Source of the DNA: Octopus sinensis
Taxonomy: Eukaryota
Direction: 5' to 3'
Assembly: GCF_006345805.1 (NCBI RefSeq)
Contig: NC_043017.1
Coordinates: forward strand, 24,180,001-24,244,000
DNA length: 64,000 nucleotides
Made by a program: the position numbers and the translations under genes. Position 1 is the stretch's first letter. The number at the start of each line of letters is the position of its first letter. Positions 51,560 to 63,299 of the stretch are shown here, piece by piece. A model generated the notes under the pieces. It had not been told where the DNA came from. It saw only the letters and a program-made list of their open reading frames with translations, and did no database searches.

Positions 51560-51730
51560 TTTTTTTTTTTAAATGTTCCAACAGTTCAGTCTCGTTTCGC
51601 CGGAAATGGCTTTAAGTTGTTTATGTCAGACCTATGTCGGAAAAAAACGACAACTGCCGAATGCCAGCGACGGTTCCCTGCCTCGCTAGGTTGATGTTAC
51701 CACACTCTTACATGTACGACGAGCGCTAGC
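51560..51730 (-). promoter_or_regulatory. Candidate promoter / 5' UTR
   Basis: CpG-rich patch with ccggaaatggc (ETS-like plus YY1-like) at 51600-51610, directly upstream of the candidate exon. Confidence 0.35.
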
Positions 51731-51989
51731 ACACTCACACACATACACACACACACAAATACTATACATACACATGCATGCGCACACGCTCACATTCACA
51801 CACATACATACACACACAAATACTATACACACACACACATGCACGCGCACACTCACACTTACACATACACACACAAATACTATATACACACGCACGCACA
51901 CACATATACATACATTCTTATGTATTTGTGTATATGTTTGTAGGTGTATGCGTCCCTGTGTTTGTGTATGTGTCTATATACTTTATACA

Positions 51990-52042
<53 letters not shown>

Positions 52043-52449
52043 AAATAACAGATAGATAGATAGATGTACATACAAACAAAAATATGATATATATGTATAT
52101 AATTAGTTTTAAAAAATATAAGCGTTTTAAAATCTAAACACACTAAAACAATAAAAATTGACAAAATGTAAAACTAAATATATATTTATGTAGTTTAATA
52201 TAATATTTATTCATTTTCCATCGCTGAATGTTACTGAATTTTCGCCAGTGGTGGCGAATTCAAACTATTTAAATAAGCCCGACCGGCGAGTGTGTGCGTG
52301 CGTGTGTGTTCACTCAACTATTCGCGGTATATATACACTGAAATAAATATTCTAGTTATATACTTGCCAAATAGCAATGCTATATTTTTTCGTGTGACAT
52401 ATATATTCACACACATACTCACATCTACATAAACACACACACACACACA

Positions 52450-52561
<112 letters not shown>

Positions 52562-52794
52562 ATTAAAATATTATCTTAATTTATTGGTCTGAATTATTTC
52601 CATTTTCTGTTTTAATATGTAATTACAATAAGTATCTTCCAGTATTTTTTCAATATTCTCCAGTTTTTATATGAGTTTTATATTCTCATATGAGAGTTGA
52701 AAATAATATCTTCAAACATGCTTTGGAATTCTGAAGTATGCCGATGTGTTTCATGGGGACACAGCTGGGATTAAAACCATATCCCAGACAACAG

Positions 52795-52923
52795 AATGTA
52801 TGTATGTATGTATGTATGTATGTATGTATGTATGTATGTATGTATGTATGTATGTATGTATGTATGTATGTATGTATGTATGTATGTATGTATGTATGTA
52901 TGTATGTATGTATGTATGTATGT
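52795..52923. repeat. (TATG)n microsatellite, continuing after the SINE at 53333-53412
   Basis: Direct inspection. Confidence 0.95.
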
Positions 52924-53332
52924 TCTTTTACTCTTTACTCTTTTACATGTTTCAGTCATTTGACTGCGGCCATGCTGGAGCACCGCCTTTTAGTCGAGCA
53001 AATCGACCCCGGGACTTATTCTTTGTAAGCTCAGTACTTATTTTATCGGTCTCTTTTGCCGAACCGCTAAGTAACGGGGACGTAAACACACCAGCATCGG
53101 TTGTCAAGCAATGCTAGGGGGACAAACACAGACACACAAACACATACACACACACATATATATATACATATATACGACAGGCTTCTTTCAGTTTCCGTCT
53201 ACCAAATCCACTCACAAGGCATTGGTCGGCCCGGGGCTATAGCAGAAGACACTTGCCCAAGATGCCACGCAGTGGGACTGAACCCGGAACCATGTGGCTG
53301 GTTAGCAAGCTACTTACCACACAGCCACTCCT
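52924..53332 (-). mobile_element. SINE family A, young full-length copy inserted in (TATG)n
   Basis: Complete head to tail, with (TATG)n on both flanks. Confidence 0.93.
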
Positions 53333-55429
53333 ATGTATGTATGTATGTATGTGTGCATGTATGTATGTATGTAATACGTACATATGTATCTATGTATGTA
53401 TGTATGTATGTATTAGGTAGGTAGGTCTTTTCCAGAATATTCTTTTAGTCTAATTTTTACTTATTTTCTAGTCCATTTCAGTGATGTTTTTCAAAATAAA
53501 TTTCAGTTTTCTCATTTCTTTCTTGAAGTATCATTTTCCACTACTTCTCAAATCCAAGAAAACAGAAACTTCTAAAGAACTACAAAACTGGCTTATTACA
53601 TCATCCATGATAAAGATGAACTCAACAGTCTTTTTATTCCTTTAAGAAGATTAATTTGATTGCCATGTCTTCCGATTCTTACATCTTAGTTAAAGTGACC
53701 AAGTGATGCTTTCACCTTTTATTCAGAATATTTAGATATTTATCGGCAAGAACTATTTGAAGTTGACAGAACACTAAAAGAAGAAGCAGAATGAAAATTA
53801 CTGCAATGATGGGGAAAGTGATAAAAGGATTTGTCAGAGAAGGAGAGAGAGATATTAATGGTGACAAGAGTCACAGTATACTGGTGCATAAAAGGTCTAT
53901 CCCAGTGAAAGAGCTTCTTTTAATGTGAATCATGTCATTCTGTTTTTCTGGAAAACTTATGTAAATGGTTGATGACTTTTGGGAGAGTCTTTCTTTAACT
54001 TTTTAGAATTCAAAGTATTCTATCAAATGTAATTTTTATTTATTCACATTGTATTGAAACACTGCCAGATCTGACTGGCCTGGTGCAGCCTTTGGGCTTC
54101 CCAGACCCCAGTTGAACCGTCCAACCCATGCTAGCATGGAAAGCGGATGTTAAACAATGATGATGATATATTGAATGAATCATAGCTTCGAGATTTTGAT
54201 GTGATTGTTTATTTTTAGAATGTCATTGTAGGATAGGTGTGAGCAGCCAGAGCTGGTTGGTTTGAACATAGAATAGAATATTTGGGGTTTTTTATAGTTG
54301 TTTTAAATGCAAAAAGTGTTATAGAGATGCCTGGCACCTTGCTGTACTGAAAAAGACCTGTACTCCACAACAGAAGTGTTAAGGCTTGTTCTCCTGATGA
54401 AAAGGATTGGCCTGCAAGAGTCATGTGACAGTGCCATGTAAAAGATGCCTGCTCAAGGTACCATATAGTGGGGATGAACCCAGAACCATTTGGCTTAAAA
54501 GCAAGCTTCTTACCACACAGCCACTCCTGTGCCTGGCATTTCGTCCATCTTTACAATCTGAGTCCAAATTCTTCAAAGGTCAACTTTGACTTTCATTTTT
54601 TCAAGGGTCAATAGAATATGTACCAGTTGAGCATTGGGGTTGATGCAGTCAGCTTAACCCCTCCCTCAAAATTGCTGGCTTTGTGTCAAAATTTGAAACC
54701 AATATTAATATCACATCTGTTGGTTCTTCTTTTTCTGATGTATCATCTCCCATAATGCAATTTGTTTTTAAAGAGAAGGTGTAGGCATTTGTGAATGAAT
54801 AAAAGGACATGGATGTATGTGTGTGTGACTAACTGAGACAATATGTGTGTGTTTGTGTGTGCATGCACGCATGTGTATCTGAATGACTGAGGCAATGTAT
54901 GTGTGTATATATGAATGATACAATGTGTATCTGTCTATGAGTAAGTGAGTGATATATGTGTGTGTATGTGTAAATGTGTGTGTGTGACCAAAACAATATG
55001 GACACATATGTGTGTGAATGTGTGCATGAATGATAGGATATGAGTACATGCGTGTATGTGTATGTGTGTGCGCGCGCACACGTGTGTGTTTGTGCATGGA
55101 CATTGTGTTCAATAAGGCTATTACACATAAGGAGTATTGATGTGATGGTTAAGAGTATTCCAGCGGGTGTGTCGCTTCACTACTGCCAAAGTTGCACAGT
55201 TGAGTGGAGATTTTCCTAACATATTTTGTTGTGGAAGGATTCTGACCACCCCCAAGTAACTAAAAGTGGACTGACACATTACTATAAAATAAAGAACCGT
55301 CAGCAATTGAGGTGAAGCAGCTCACAGTGAGCTGTTGGTAGAGAGCATTTTAAACTTGCGTAACAGGGATTGTAGTGTGTAGTGTAAATATTTCTTTACG
55401 CCTGTTTCGTTAAATTATTTATCCTACAC

Positions 55430-56120
55430 TCTATAACTTAGCAGTTTGGCAAAAGAGACCAATGGAATAAGTACTAGGCTTGAAAAGAATAAGTCCTGGG
55501 ATTAATTTCTTCAATTGAAACCCTTTTAAGTCAGTGCTCTAGCAAGGCCACAGTCAAATGACTGAATCATGTAAAACAAAATATGTATGACAGGCTTCTT
55601 TCAGTTTCTCTCTACCAAATTCACTCATAAGTCTTTGAACTTTGCTGGGCCCAAAGCTTAATAGAAGACGTTTGCCTAAGGTGCCATGCAATGGGACTGA
55701 ACCAACCACCATTTAGTTGAGAAGGTGGGGGTTTTTATTCATTTATTTTTTTATTCTTTTATTTGTTTCAGCAGCCATGCTGGAGCACCACCTTTAGTCG
55801 GACAAATAGACCCCAAGACTTATTCTTCGTAAGCTTAGTACTTATTCTATCGGTCTCTTTTGTCGAACCGCTAAGTTACAGAGACGTAAAATCACCAACA
55901 TCAGTTGTCAAGCAATGGTGAGGAGACAAACACAGACACACAAGCCCCTCATATGTATATATATATACACAATGGGTTTTTTTCAGTTTCTGTCTACCAA
56001 ATCCACTCAGAGGGCTTTGGTCAGCCTGAGGCTATAGTAAAAGACACTTGCCCAAGGTACCATGCAGTGGGACTGAACCTGGAACCATGCGGTTGGTAAG
56101 CAAGCTACTTATCACGCAGC
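55430..56120. mobile_element. Cluster of family A copies (plus 55430-55580; minus 55585-55720 and 55754-56120)
   Basis: Recognisable tails and cores in both orientations. Confidence 0.8.
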
Positions 56121-56842
56121 TGTTAATTTAAATCTAAAAATTTAAAAAGAAAAGACTTTTTATAACGAAGAATCAGACAAAATCTCAAGTAAGTTGGTAT
56201 GAAAAAGGTTAGTTGTTTGAAAAATTCTAATCTGATTAACAACACCTGATTAGCAGGCATCAAACCAATCAGAGCACAGAGTAGATGAGAATATTTTTTT
56301 CAAATTAAATCAAATTGAAAAAAAAACTGAATTTGTCTTAAAAGAGTTCAGTGGTTTGAAAAACGATAATCTTATTAGCATCAACTCATCTTAGACATTT
56401 TGTCTTTTAATCAGTATATGGAATGTTAGGAGTGTGTGTGTTGAAGGGACTGGCAGAACTGTGAGAGTGTTTATTCCATATTTATCCAGGCTTTTAATGT
56501 TCTGAGTTCTAATTCCACTAAGGTCAACACATCTTAAAGTTTCAGCTTTTTAATTAGCATATGTAATGTTAAGGCGGGGTGTGGAGTGGTAGAACTGTTA
56601 GAGTCTTGAACAAAATATCCTGCAGTATTTAACCCCAGTTCTTTACGTTCTGAGTTCAAATCCTATCTTAGATGTTTAGCAAAGCCCAAAGCCTTGCAAA
56701 AGGATTTGTATAGATGGAAGTTAAAGGAAGTCTGTCATGTGTTGCATGTTGTCTTACTGTGTCTTTGTCTTGACTTGGTATGATAGTTGTAAACAATGAT
56801 GCAAGCTGTGTCCTTCATTCCCACTTTTCCATGAAAACATAT

Positions 56843-57843
56843 CTTCATACTTTTAACTTTGCTCCATGTATTAATTAACCCCCTAATTTTGTGTTAAATC
56901 TTGGTACAAAATTTTTTCCCTTCATACTTTTAACTTTGCTCCATGTATTAATTAAACCCCTAATTTTGTGTTGAATCTTGGTACAAAATTTTTTCCCTTC
57001 ATACTTTTAACTTTGCTCCATGTATTAATTAAACCCCTAATTTTGTGTTGAATCTTGGTACAAAATTTTTTCCCTTCATACTTTTAACTTTGCTCCATGT
57101 ATTAATTAAACCCCTAATTTTGTGTTGAATCTTGGTACAAAATTTTTTCCCTTCATACTTTTAACTTTGCTCCATGTATTAATTAACCCCCTAATTTTGT
57201 GTTGAATCTTGGTACAAAATTTTTTCCCTTCATACTTTTAACTTTGCTCCATGTATTAATTAAACCCCTAATTTTGTGTTGAATCTTGGTACAAAATTTT
57301 TTCCCTTCATACTTTTAACTTTGCTCCATGTATTAATTAAACCCCTAATTTTGTGTTGAATCTTGGTACAAATTTTTTTCCCTTCATACTTTTAACTTTG
57401 CCTCATGTATAAATCATACTCCTAATTTTGTGTTAAATCTTGGTACAAATTTTTTTCCCTTCATACTTCTAACTTTGTTCCATGTATAACTCACATCCCT
57501 AATTTAATGTTAAATCTTCATACAAATTTTGTTTCCTTCATAGTTTTAGATTTGTTCTGTGTATAACATGCACCTCTTATTTAGTGCCAAATGTAGAGAC
57601 AACATTTTTCCCTTCATAGTTTTAGCTTTACCCCATGTATAAGTTCCACCCCTAATTTCTACCAAATTTTCTCCCTTCATAGCTTTAGTTTAACCTCATG
57701 TATAACTCACGCTTTTAATTTAGTGTTAAATCTTGATCCAAAATTTTTATCCTTCATAATTTTAGCTTTACCTCATGTATAAGTCACACCCCAATTTTAC
57801 AGTTAAAATCAAGTGTAAAATAATGCAGCTTATACATGAGTAA
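56843..57843. repeat. 77-bp tandem satellite, about 13 units
   Basis: ccatgtatt recurs at 56864, 56941, 57018, 57095, 57172, 57249 and 57326; later units are progressively diverged. Confidence 0.95.
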
Positions 57844-58134
57844 ACCCAGTGTGCTTTGATTGGATTGATCCGCAATTATCAACAGTTGCTGCTAATAAGA
57901 TTATAATTTTTTGGACCATTAAACATAACTTTAGAGACAAAACAGCCAGTGAAATGTTTACATCTATCAACTATATTTCAAGCAGTTTGATCTCCAATTA
58001 TTATCATTTGATTTAAGTTAACCATTTTATAATTCTATCTGGCTGTCATTCACCATTTAGTCTATTTTTGTTTTCCTACAATCTCTGCTGTATAGTGTTG
58101 TTGTTTAACCTCAGGCTACCCTGTTTTTTTGTGT

Positions 58135-58418
58135 GAAGGTGCATGGCTCAGTGGTTAGAGCGTCGAGTTTACAATCATGAGGTTGTGAGTTCGATTCCCG
58201 GACTGGGCTGTAAAAAGATTTGTGACATCACTTTTTCCAAGCTCTATCAGCCTTTGCCTTTCCCTTAGATAACATCGGTGGCATGGAGAGGGGAGGCTGG
58301 TATGCATGGGCAACTGCTGGCTTTCCAGAAACAACCTTGGCCAGACTTGTGCCTCGGAAGGTAACTTTCTAGGTTCAATCCCATAGTCATTCATGACTGA
58401 AGGGGGTCTTCACCCTAT
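58135..58418 (+). mobile_element. tRNA-headed SINE (another variant)
   Basis: gaaggtgcatggctcagtggttagagc...gttcgattcccggactggg head. Confidence 0.75.
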
Positions 58419-58902
58419 TATCATTTGATTTATTCCTGTGTCAGTGACCTGAAGGATAAACTTTTAATTTAGGAATAAACTCTTGGTTTAGAAATAAAGG
58501 CTCCTGATTCAAATCCAGACCAGTACTTTGTGCACATCAGGACATAAAACATCTGATTTTGATAAGAGTTTGACTGTAGCAGAGGTGTAAATATTTTAAA
58601 ACGTTCATGTCTAAAATTATATAACTATACATATATAAAACTGAGAATGTGTGTGTGTGTGTGTGTATGTATGTGTATGTGTGTCTGTCTGTCTGTCTGT
58701 TTGTCTATCTGTCTGTCTGTATGCGTACATCACTAAAACTCGAGAACTACCCAACTGAGTTCATTCAAATTTTACACATGCCTTAGTTGGAGTCCATGGG
58801 GTGTCATGTGCCAAAAAGATTTTCAACTTCTTACCCAATGTGACGCCAGAGCAATCTCTTAGTTTCATTATTATATGGTTTCACTTTTGATAGTTTTACT
58901 TT

Positions 58903-58941
<39 letters not shown>

Positions 58942-58944
58942 GGG

Positions 58945-59527
58945 ACGTAGTCAGTCCACCTGTGCATACCTTCCTTCTTGTGACACTTGTGAAGACCTGT
59001 TGAGGCAAGTGAAAATCGAATCAAATCAAAACAAATCAAAATAGATGAACATCAATGGAATTTGTATCTTTGTGGTACCAGTGCCGGTGGCACACAAGAA
59101 AACCATCCAAACGTGGCCGTAGCCAGTACCGCATCAACTGGCCTCCTTGCTGTGGGCACGTAACAAACACCATCCGATTGTGGCTGTTTGCCAGCCTCGT
59201 CTGGCACCTGTGTCGGTGGCACATAAAAACACCATCCGAGCGTGGCCGTCTGCCAGCCTCGTCTGGCACCTGTGTCGGTGGCACATAAAAAACACCATCC
59301 GAGCGTGGCCGTTCGCCAGCCTCGTCTGGCACCTGTGTCGGTGGCACATAAAATCACCCACTACACTCTCGGAGTGGTTGGCGTTGGGAAGGGCATCCAG
59401 CTGTAGAAACACTGCCAGATCTGACTGGCCTGGTGCAGCCTTCGGGCTCCCCAGACCCCAGTTGAACCGTCCAACCCATGCTAGCATGGAAAGCGGACGT
59501 TAAATGATGATGATGATGATGATGATG
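58945..59527 (+). mobile_element. Repeat family C, longest copy
   Basis: 5' unique region, five gtggcac-containing units (period 62-63 bp at 59211, 59273 and 59336), core, and (TGA)n tail. Confidence 0.9.
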
Positions 59528-59934
59528 ATATATATATACACATATATATAATATATATATATATATGCATATATATATATGTGTATATATATGTATGTAT
59601 ATATATATATGTATATATATCATAAGTATCATCATTTAACTGGGCCTCCACACATAGAATTATACATAGATATATACAAGATTTGCACAGATATATGAGT
59701 TAGAATTTGTGATCCGCCCACGAACCTTTTTCATTGGAAATTTTTGTTCGCCACACTAAAAAGTTTTTCCCCACTCCTGATCTAAATAGACTACAGTTTA
59801 TCTTGTCCAACCTAATGTTAATGATATAAATACAGGATGCAGACTATTGTGTAAACATTGTGTTCCATCGGTGGAAATCAAAATACCATAGCTGAGCATA
59901 AATTAAGGTCAAAATGAGGAAGAAATTATTATGC

Positions 59935-60120
59935 ATCATGAATATGATTTTCATCATCATCATCAACACCATCACCCCATCCCAGCTCCCCACAACCACA
60001 ACAACTACCACCACTGCCACCGTCATTGTTGTTGACACCACCACAACCTCTACCATCATAATCATCCCCATCATTATCATCACCACCACCACTAAAAACA
60101 ATACCATCATTATCATCAGA
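59935..60120. repeat. (CAT/CAC/CAA)n tract
   Basis: Direct inspection. Confidence 0.9.
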
Positions 60121-60507
60121 ATAATATTTTTGCACTCAAATATTTGAGAACTAACATGCAATGGTGGTTCTCCTCTCAAGTTGTGTTTGACAATGTTGCC
60201 CTAGAAACTAAACTACTACCTCAATGTATCATGGTCATAGTACAAGTGACCGAATATTCCACAGACAGCTCTACTCTAAGGACCAAGAAGAAAAAGCATG
60301 ATGCACTTATGATGAGACTGACTATTTCAACTAGAAATGCACTTCGTCCATCCTGTAGGCTTCTTGCTGCTTCTATCCATTCGATTTCACTTTCTAAAGA
60401 TTGAGCTTACTCTAGACTAAGACAGGAGATAATTTTCTGCGATCTGAGATTGAACTTAGAATCTCATGGTTCAAAGTAAACTTCTTAACCATTCAACTTA
60501 GCATGTT

Positions 60508-60550
<43 letters not shown>

Positions 60551-60724
60551 CATGCTGATGCTCTGGATTTCTTGTTAATAGAACAGGTCTGCTAACATCC
60601 ATCAGACAGCTGAAGATCTGATTTTATGCTTAAAAATGGGTTTGCCATAGGTTGACAAACCTGCTTTATTAACAAGAAACCCAAAGTATTGGCTTGGTAT
60701 GGTACACAATTTACATATTAAGAT

Positions 60725-61350
60725 ATTAGCAGCATTTTATCCATTTCTACATTCTGAGTTCAAATTACACCAAAGTCGACTTTGAATTTCATCCTTTCAA
60801 GGTTGATAAAATAACTACCAGTTGAACAATGGAGTCAATGTAATCGACTCAGACCCTCCCCAAAAACTGCTGGCCTTGTGCCAAAATTTGAAATCAATAT
60901 TTACTGTGCTTATTGCGGCGAGCTGACAGAAACGTTAGCATGCCGGGCAAAATGCTTAGCAGTATTTCGTCTGCCGCTACGTTCTGAGTTCAAATTCCGC
61001 CGAGGTCAACTTTGCCTTTCATCCTTTCGGGGTTGATTAATTAAGTACCAGTTATGCACTGGGGTCGATGTAATCGACTTAATCCCTTTGTCTGTCCTTG
61101 TTTGTCCCCTCTATGTTTAGCCACTTGTGGGCAATAAGGAAATAAGAAACATTGGCACACTGGGCAAAATGCTTAGTGGTGTTTTGTTTGTTTTTACATT
61201 TTGATTTTGAGTTCAAATTTAGTAACTGCTGACTTTTCCTTTCATCCTTTCCGGGTTGATAGAATAAATACCAGTTGAGCACCGGAGTCGGTGTAATCGA
61301 CTTACCCCCAAAATTGCTGGCCTTGTGCCAAGTTCTAAAGCCAATATATA
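60725..61350 (+). mobile_element. Three head-to-tail SINE family B units
   Basis: 60725-60900, 60915-61144 (young) and 61145-61350. Confidence 0.85.
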
Positions 61351-61523
61351 TGTGTAGGGTGTCCCCCCAAAATTGACACCATTTGAAATGTGATTATCTG
61401 AGTAACATGTGCAAAGCAAATGAAATTAAACAGGTTTCATGTTGGACAATAAAAGATTTATTTATCAAAATTCAAACAGGAGATTCAGGGAGATGTAGAT
61501 TTTATAACTGATTTCTCAAAGCT

Positions 61524-61751
61524 TCACAAACGTTCAATATGTGCACAACCTGTGACATGACACACATCAAATCGGTAATCCAGCTCCTGCCAAACACACT
61601 GTGGCTTGTCTTGCATAACATCCTCCAGCACCTCAGTGATTCTCTGCTTCAGTTCCTCTAGGCTTGTAGGAAGAGGATATAGACCACTCCTCTCACAAAG
61701 CCCCATAGAAAAAAAATCACAAGGTGTCAAGTCAGGTGAAGTGGTGGCCAT
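61524..61751 (-). pseudogene. Tc1/mariner transposase C-terminal remnant
   Basis: SPDLTPCDFF...LPTSLEELKQRITE.LE.V......VWQELDYR.DVC.VTG.AHIE.L* matches the SPDL.P.DF.LW motif region, with a frameshift after DFF. Confidence 0.85.
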
Positions 61752-61814
61752 TTCAACAGCAGATTGTTATATTCAGTGGCACACCCAATCCAAACTGGGT
61801 TAGTTTTTAAAAGA

Positions 61815-61964
61815 CGAAGGCAGGAGGAGTACAAACAAACAAATGTATTAGTATAGCACTCAGGAATAGAAAAAGTCTTTTACATTTCGAGCCTATGCTC
61901 TTCGACAGAAAGATACACAGAAAAAACAAGGAGAGAAAAAAATGCATGTAGGAGCTAACGATCT
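61815..61964 (-). mobile_element. Penelope-like terminal repeat fragment with hammerhead-like motif, nested in the Tc1 element
   Basis: Homologous to 12600-12772; reads tcttt CTGTCGA A GAGC ATAG GCTC GAAA TG TA aaaga. Confidence 0.6.
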
Positions 61965-62084
61965 TACATATTTGACTATGTTATTAGCCTATGAAATGAT
62001 GTCAATTTTTGGAGGACACTCTGTATTATCATTTTTTGGGGACACCCTGTATTATTATTTTTTGGGGACACCCTGTATTATTAG

Positions 62085-62545
62085 CAAAGCAGCAAGCTGG
62101 CAGTACTGTTAGTACACTGGGCAGAATGCTAGAGTGGCATTTTGTCCGTCTTTACATTCTGAGTTCAAATTTCACCAAGGTTGACTTTGCCTTTCATCTT
62201 TTCAGGGTTGATAAGATAAGCACCAGTTGAACCCTGGGATTGATGCATTCAACTTAACCCTACTGCCAAACTTATTGGGCTTGTGCCAAACTTTGAAACC
62301 AACACATGTATGCTTTAAGGCAACGAGCTGGCAGAATTGTTAACCCACCAGGCAAAATGCTTCGTGGCATTTTGTCCAGCTTTATGTCGCAAGGTCAAAT
62401 TCTGCTGAAATTGACTCTGTCTTTCACCCTTCCGGGGTTGATAAAATAGGGACCAATTTTGAGCATGAGGTGGGGGGAATCAATGTAATTGACTTACCCC
62501 TTCTCCAAACTTGCTGGCCTTGTGCCAGAATTCGAAACCAATATA
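62085..62545 (+). mobile_element. Two head-to-tail old SINE family B copies
   Basis: 62085-62305 and 62318-62545, each with a gagctggcag-like head and a ttgtgcca..tttgaaaccaa tail. Confidence 0.82.
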
Positions 62546-62788
62546 TATTTATTGATGTGTGGGGGGGGGGTGTCAAATGATGATGATGATGATGATTGAA
62601 ACAAAGAGAGAAAACAGAGGCAACATATGAATGTATTTGAAAACATTTGAATATGAACTTTTAAATGTTAGTACGTATATGTATTTCTATGTATCTATAT
62701 ATGTGTGTGTGTGTGTATGTTTGTGTATATATATGTGTGTATATATGTATAACTATGTGCATGAATTTCACATACATAACCATGCAAA

Positions 62789-62819
<31 letters not shown>

Positions 62820-63299
62820 AATCATGATGCTTTTCCCAATGAAGGTGTGTGTGTAATAGAGAAAGAAGGAAAGAAAAATTGTCTTGACTCTTTACTTTAA
62901 TATCATCAGAAATATGAGTAGCTTCACGTGGACACACACACACACACATGTATCAAGGTGGAAGATATCCGAGATGAGTGAAGTAGGCCATACAATATTT
63001 AACACATGGTCTGTAAAGGTTCCCCCTCCCAACTGGTGCGAGATCAATAGACACCAGAGAACAGCCTTTCAATGATGTACATGTTTTCATAGTTAAACAC
63101 TTTCCTTAAGGTAATATTTGATCAGTAATATATATATAACAACAACAACAGCAACAACAACAACAACAATAGCAACAGCAATGGTTGTAGTAGTAGTAGT
63201 AGTAATAGCTTGTTCCCAAGCAATTAACATGAGAAGGCTAAATCAGTTCAGAATAAGAATATATATATATGTACATATTATTATTATTATTATTATTAT

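Larger units (their letters stand above)
61355..62077 (-). mobile_element. Internally deleted Tc1/mariner-superfamily transposon
   Basis: TIR tagggtgtccccccaaaattgacacc (61355-61380) matches gatgtcaatttttggaggacactctgta (61998-62025); a transposase remnant lies inside. Confidence 0.85.

Noticed and set aside
53727-53794. Possible plus-strand terminal exon (YLDIYRQELFEVDRTLKEEAE*)
   Set aside because: The acceptor is decent, but the frame is short with no partner exon or recognisable homology, so chance is likely.
56843-57843. CRISPR-like array
   Set aside because: Units are contiguous 77-bp repeats without unique spacers, the context is eukaryotic and there are no cas genes.
59085-59350. 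CRISPR-like repeat-spacer pattern in family C
   Set aside because: The spacers are related to each other and the array lies within a dispersed retroposon.
60144-60404. 86-aa plus ORF and an overlapping open minus frame (SLESEIEWIEAARSLQDG...)
   Set aside because: Splice sites are weak and no motif was recognised.
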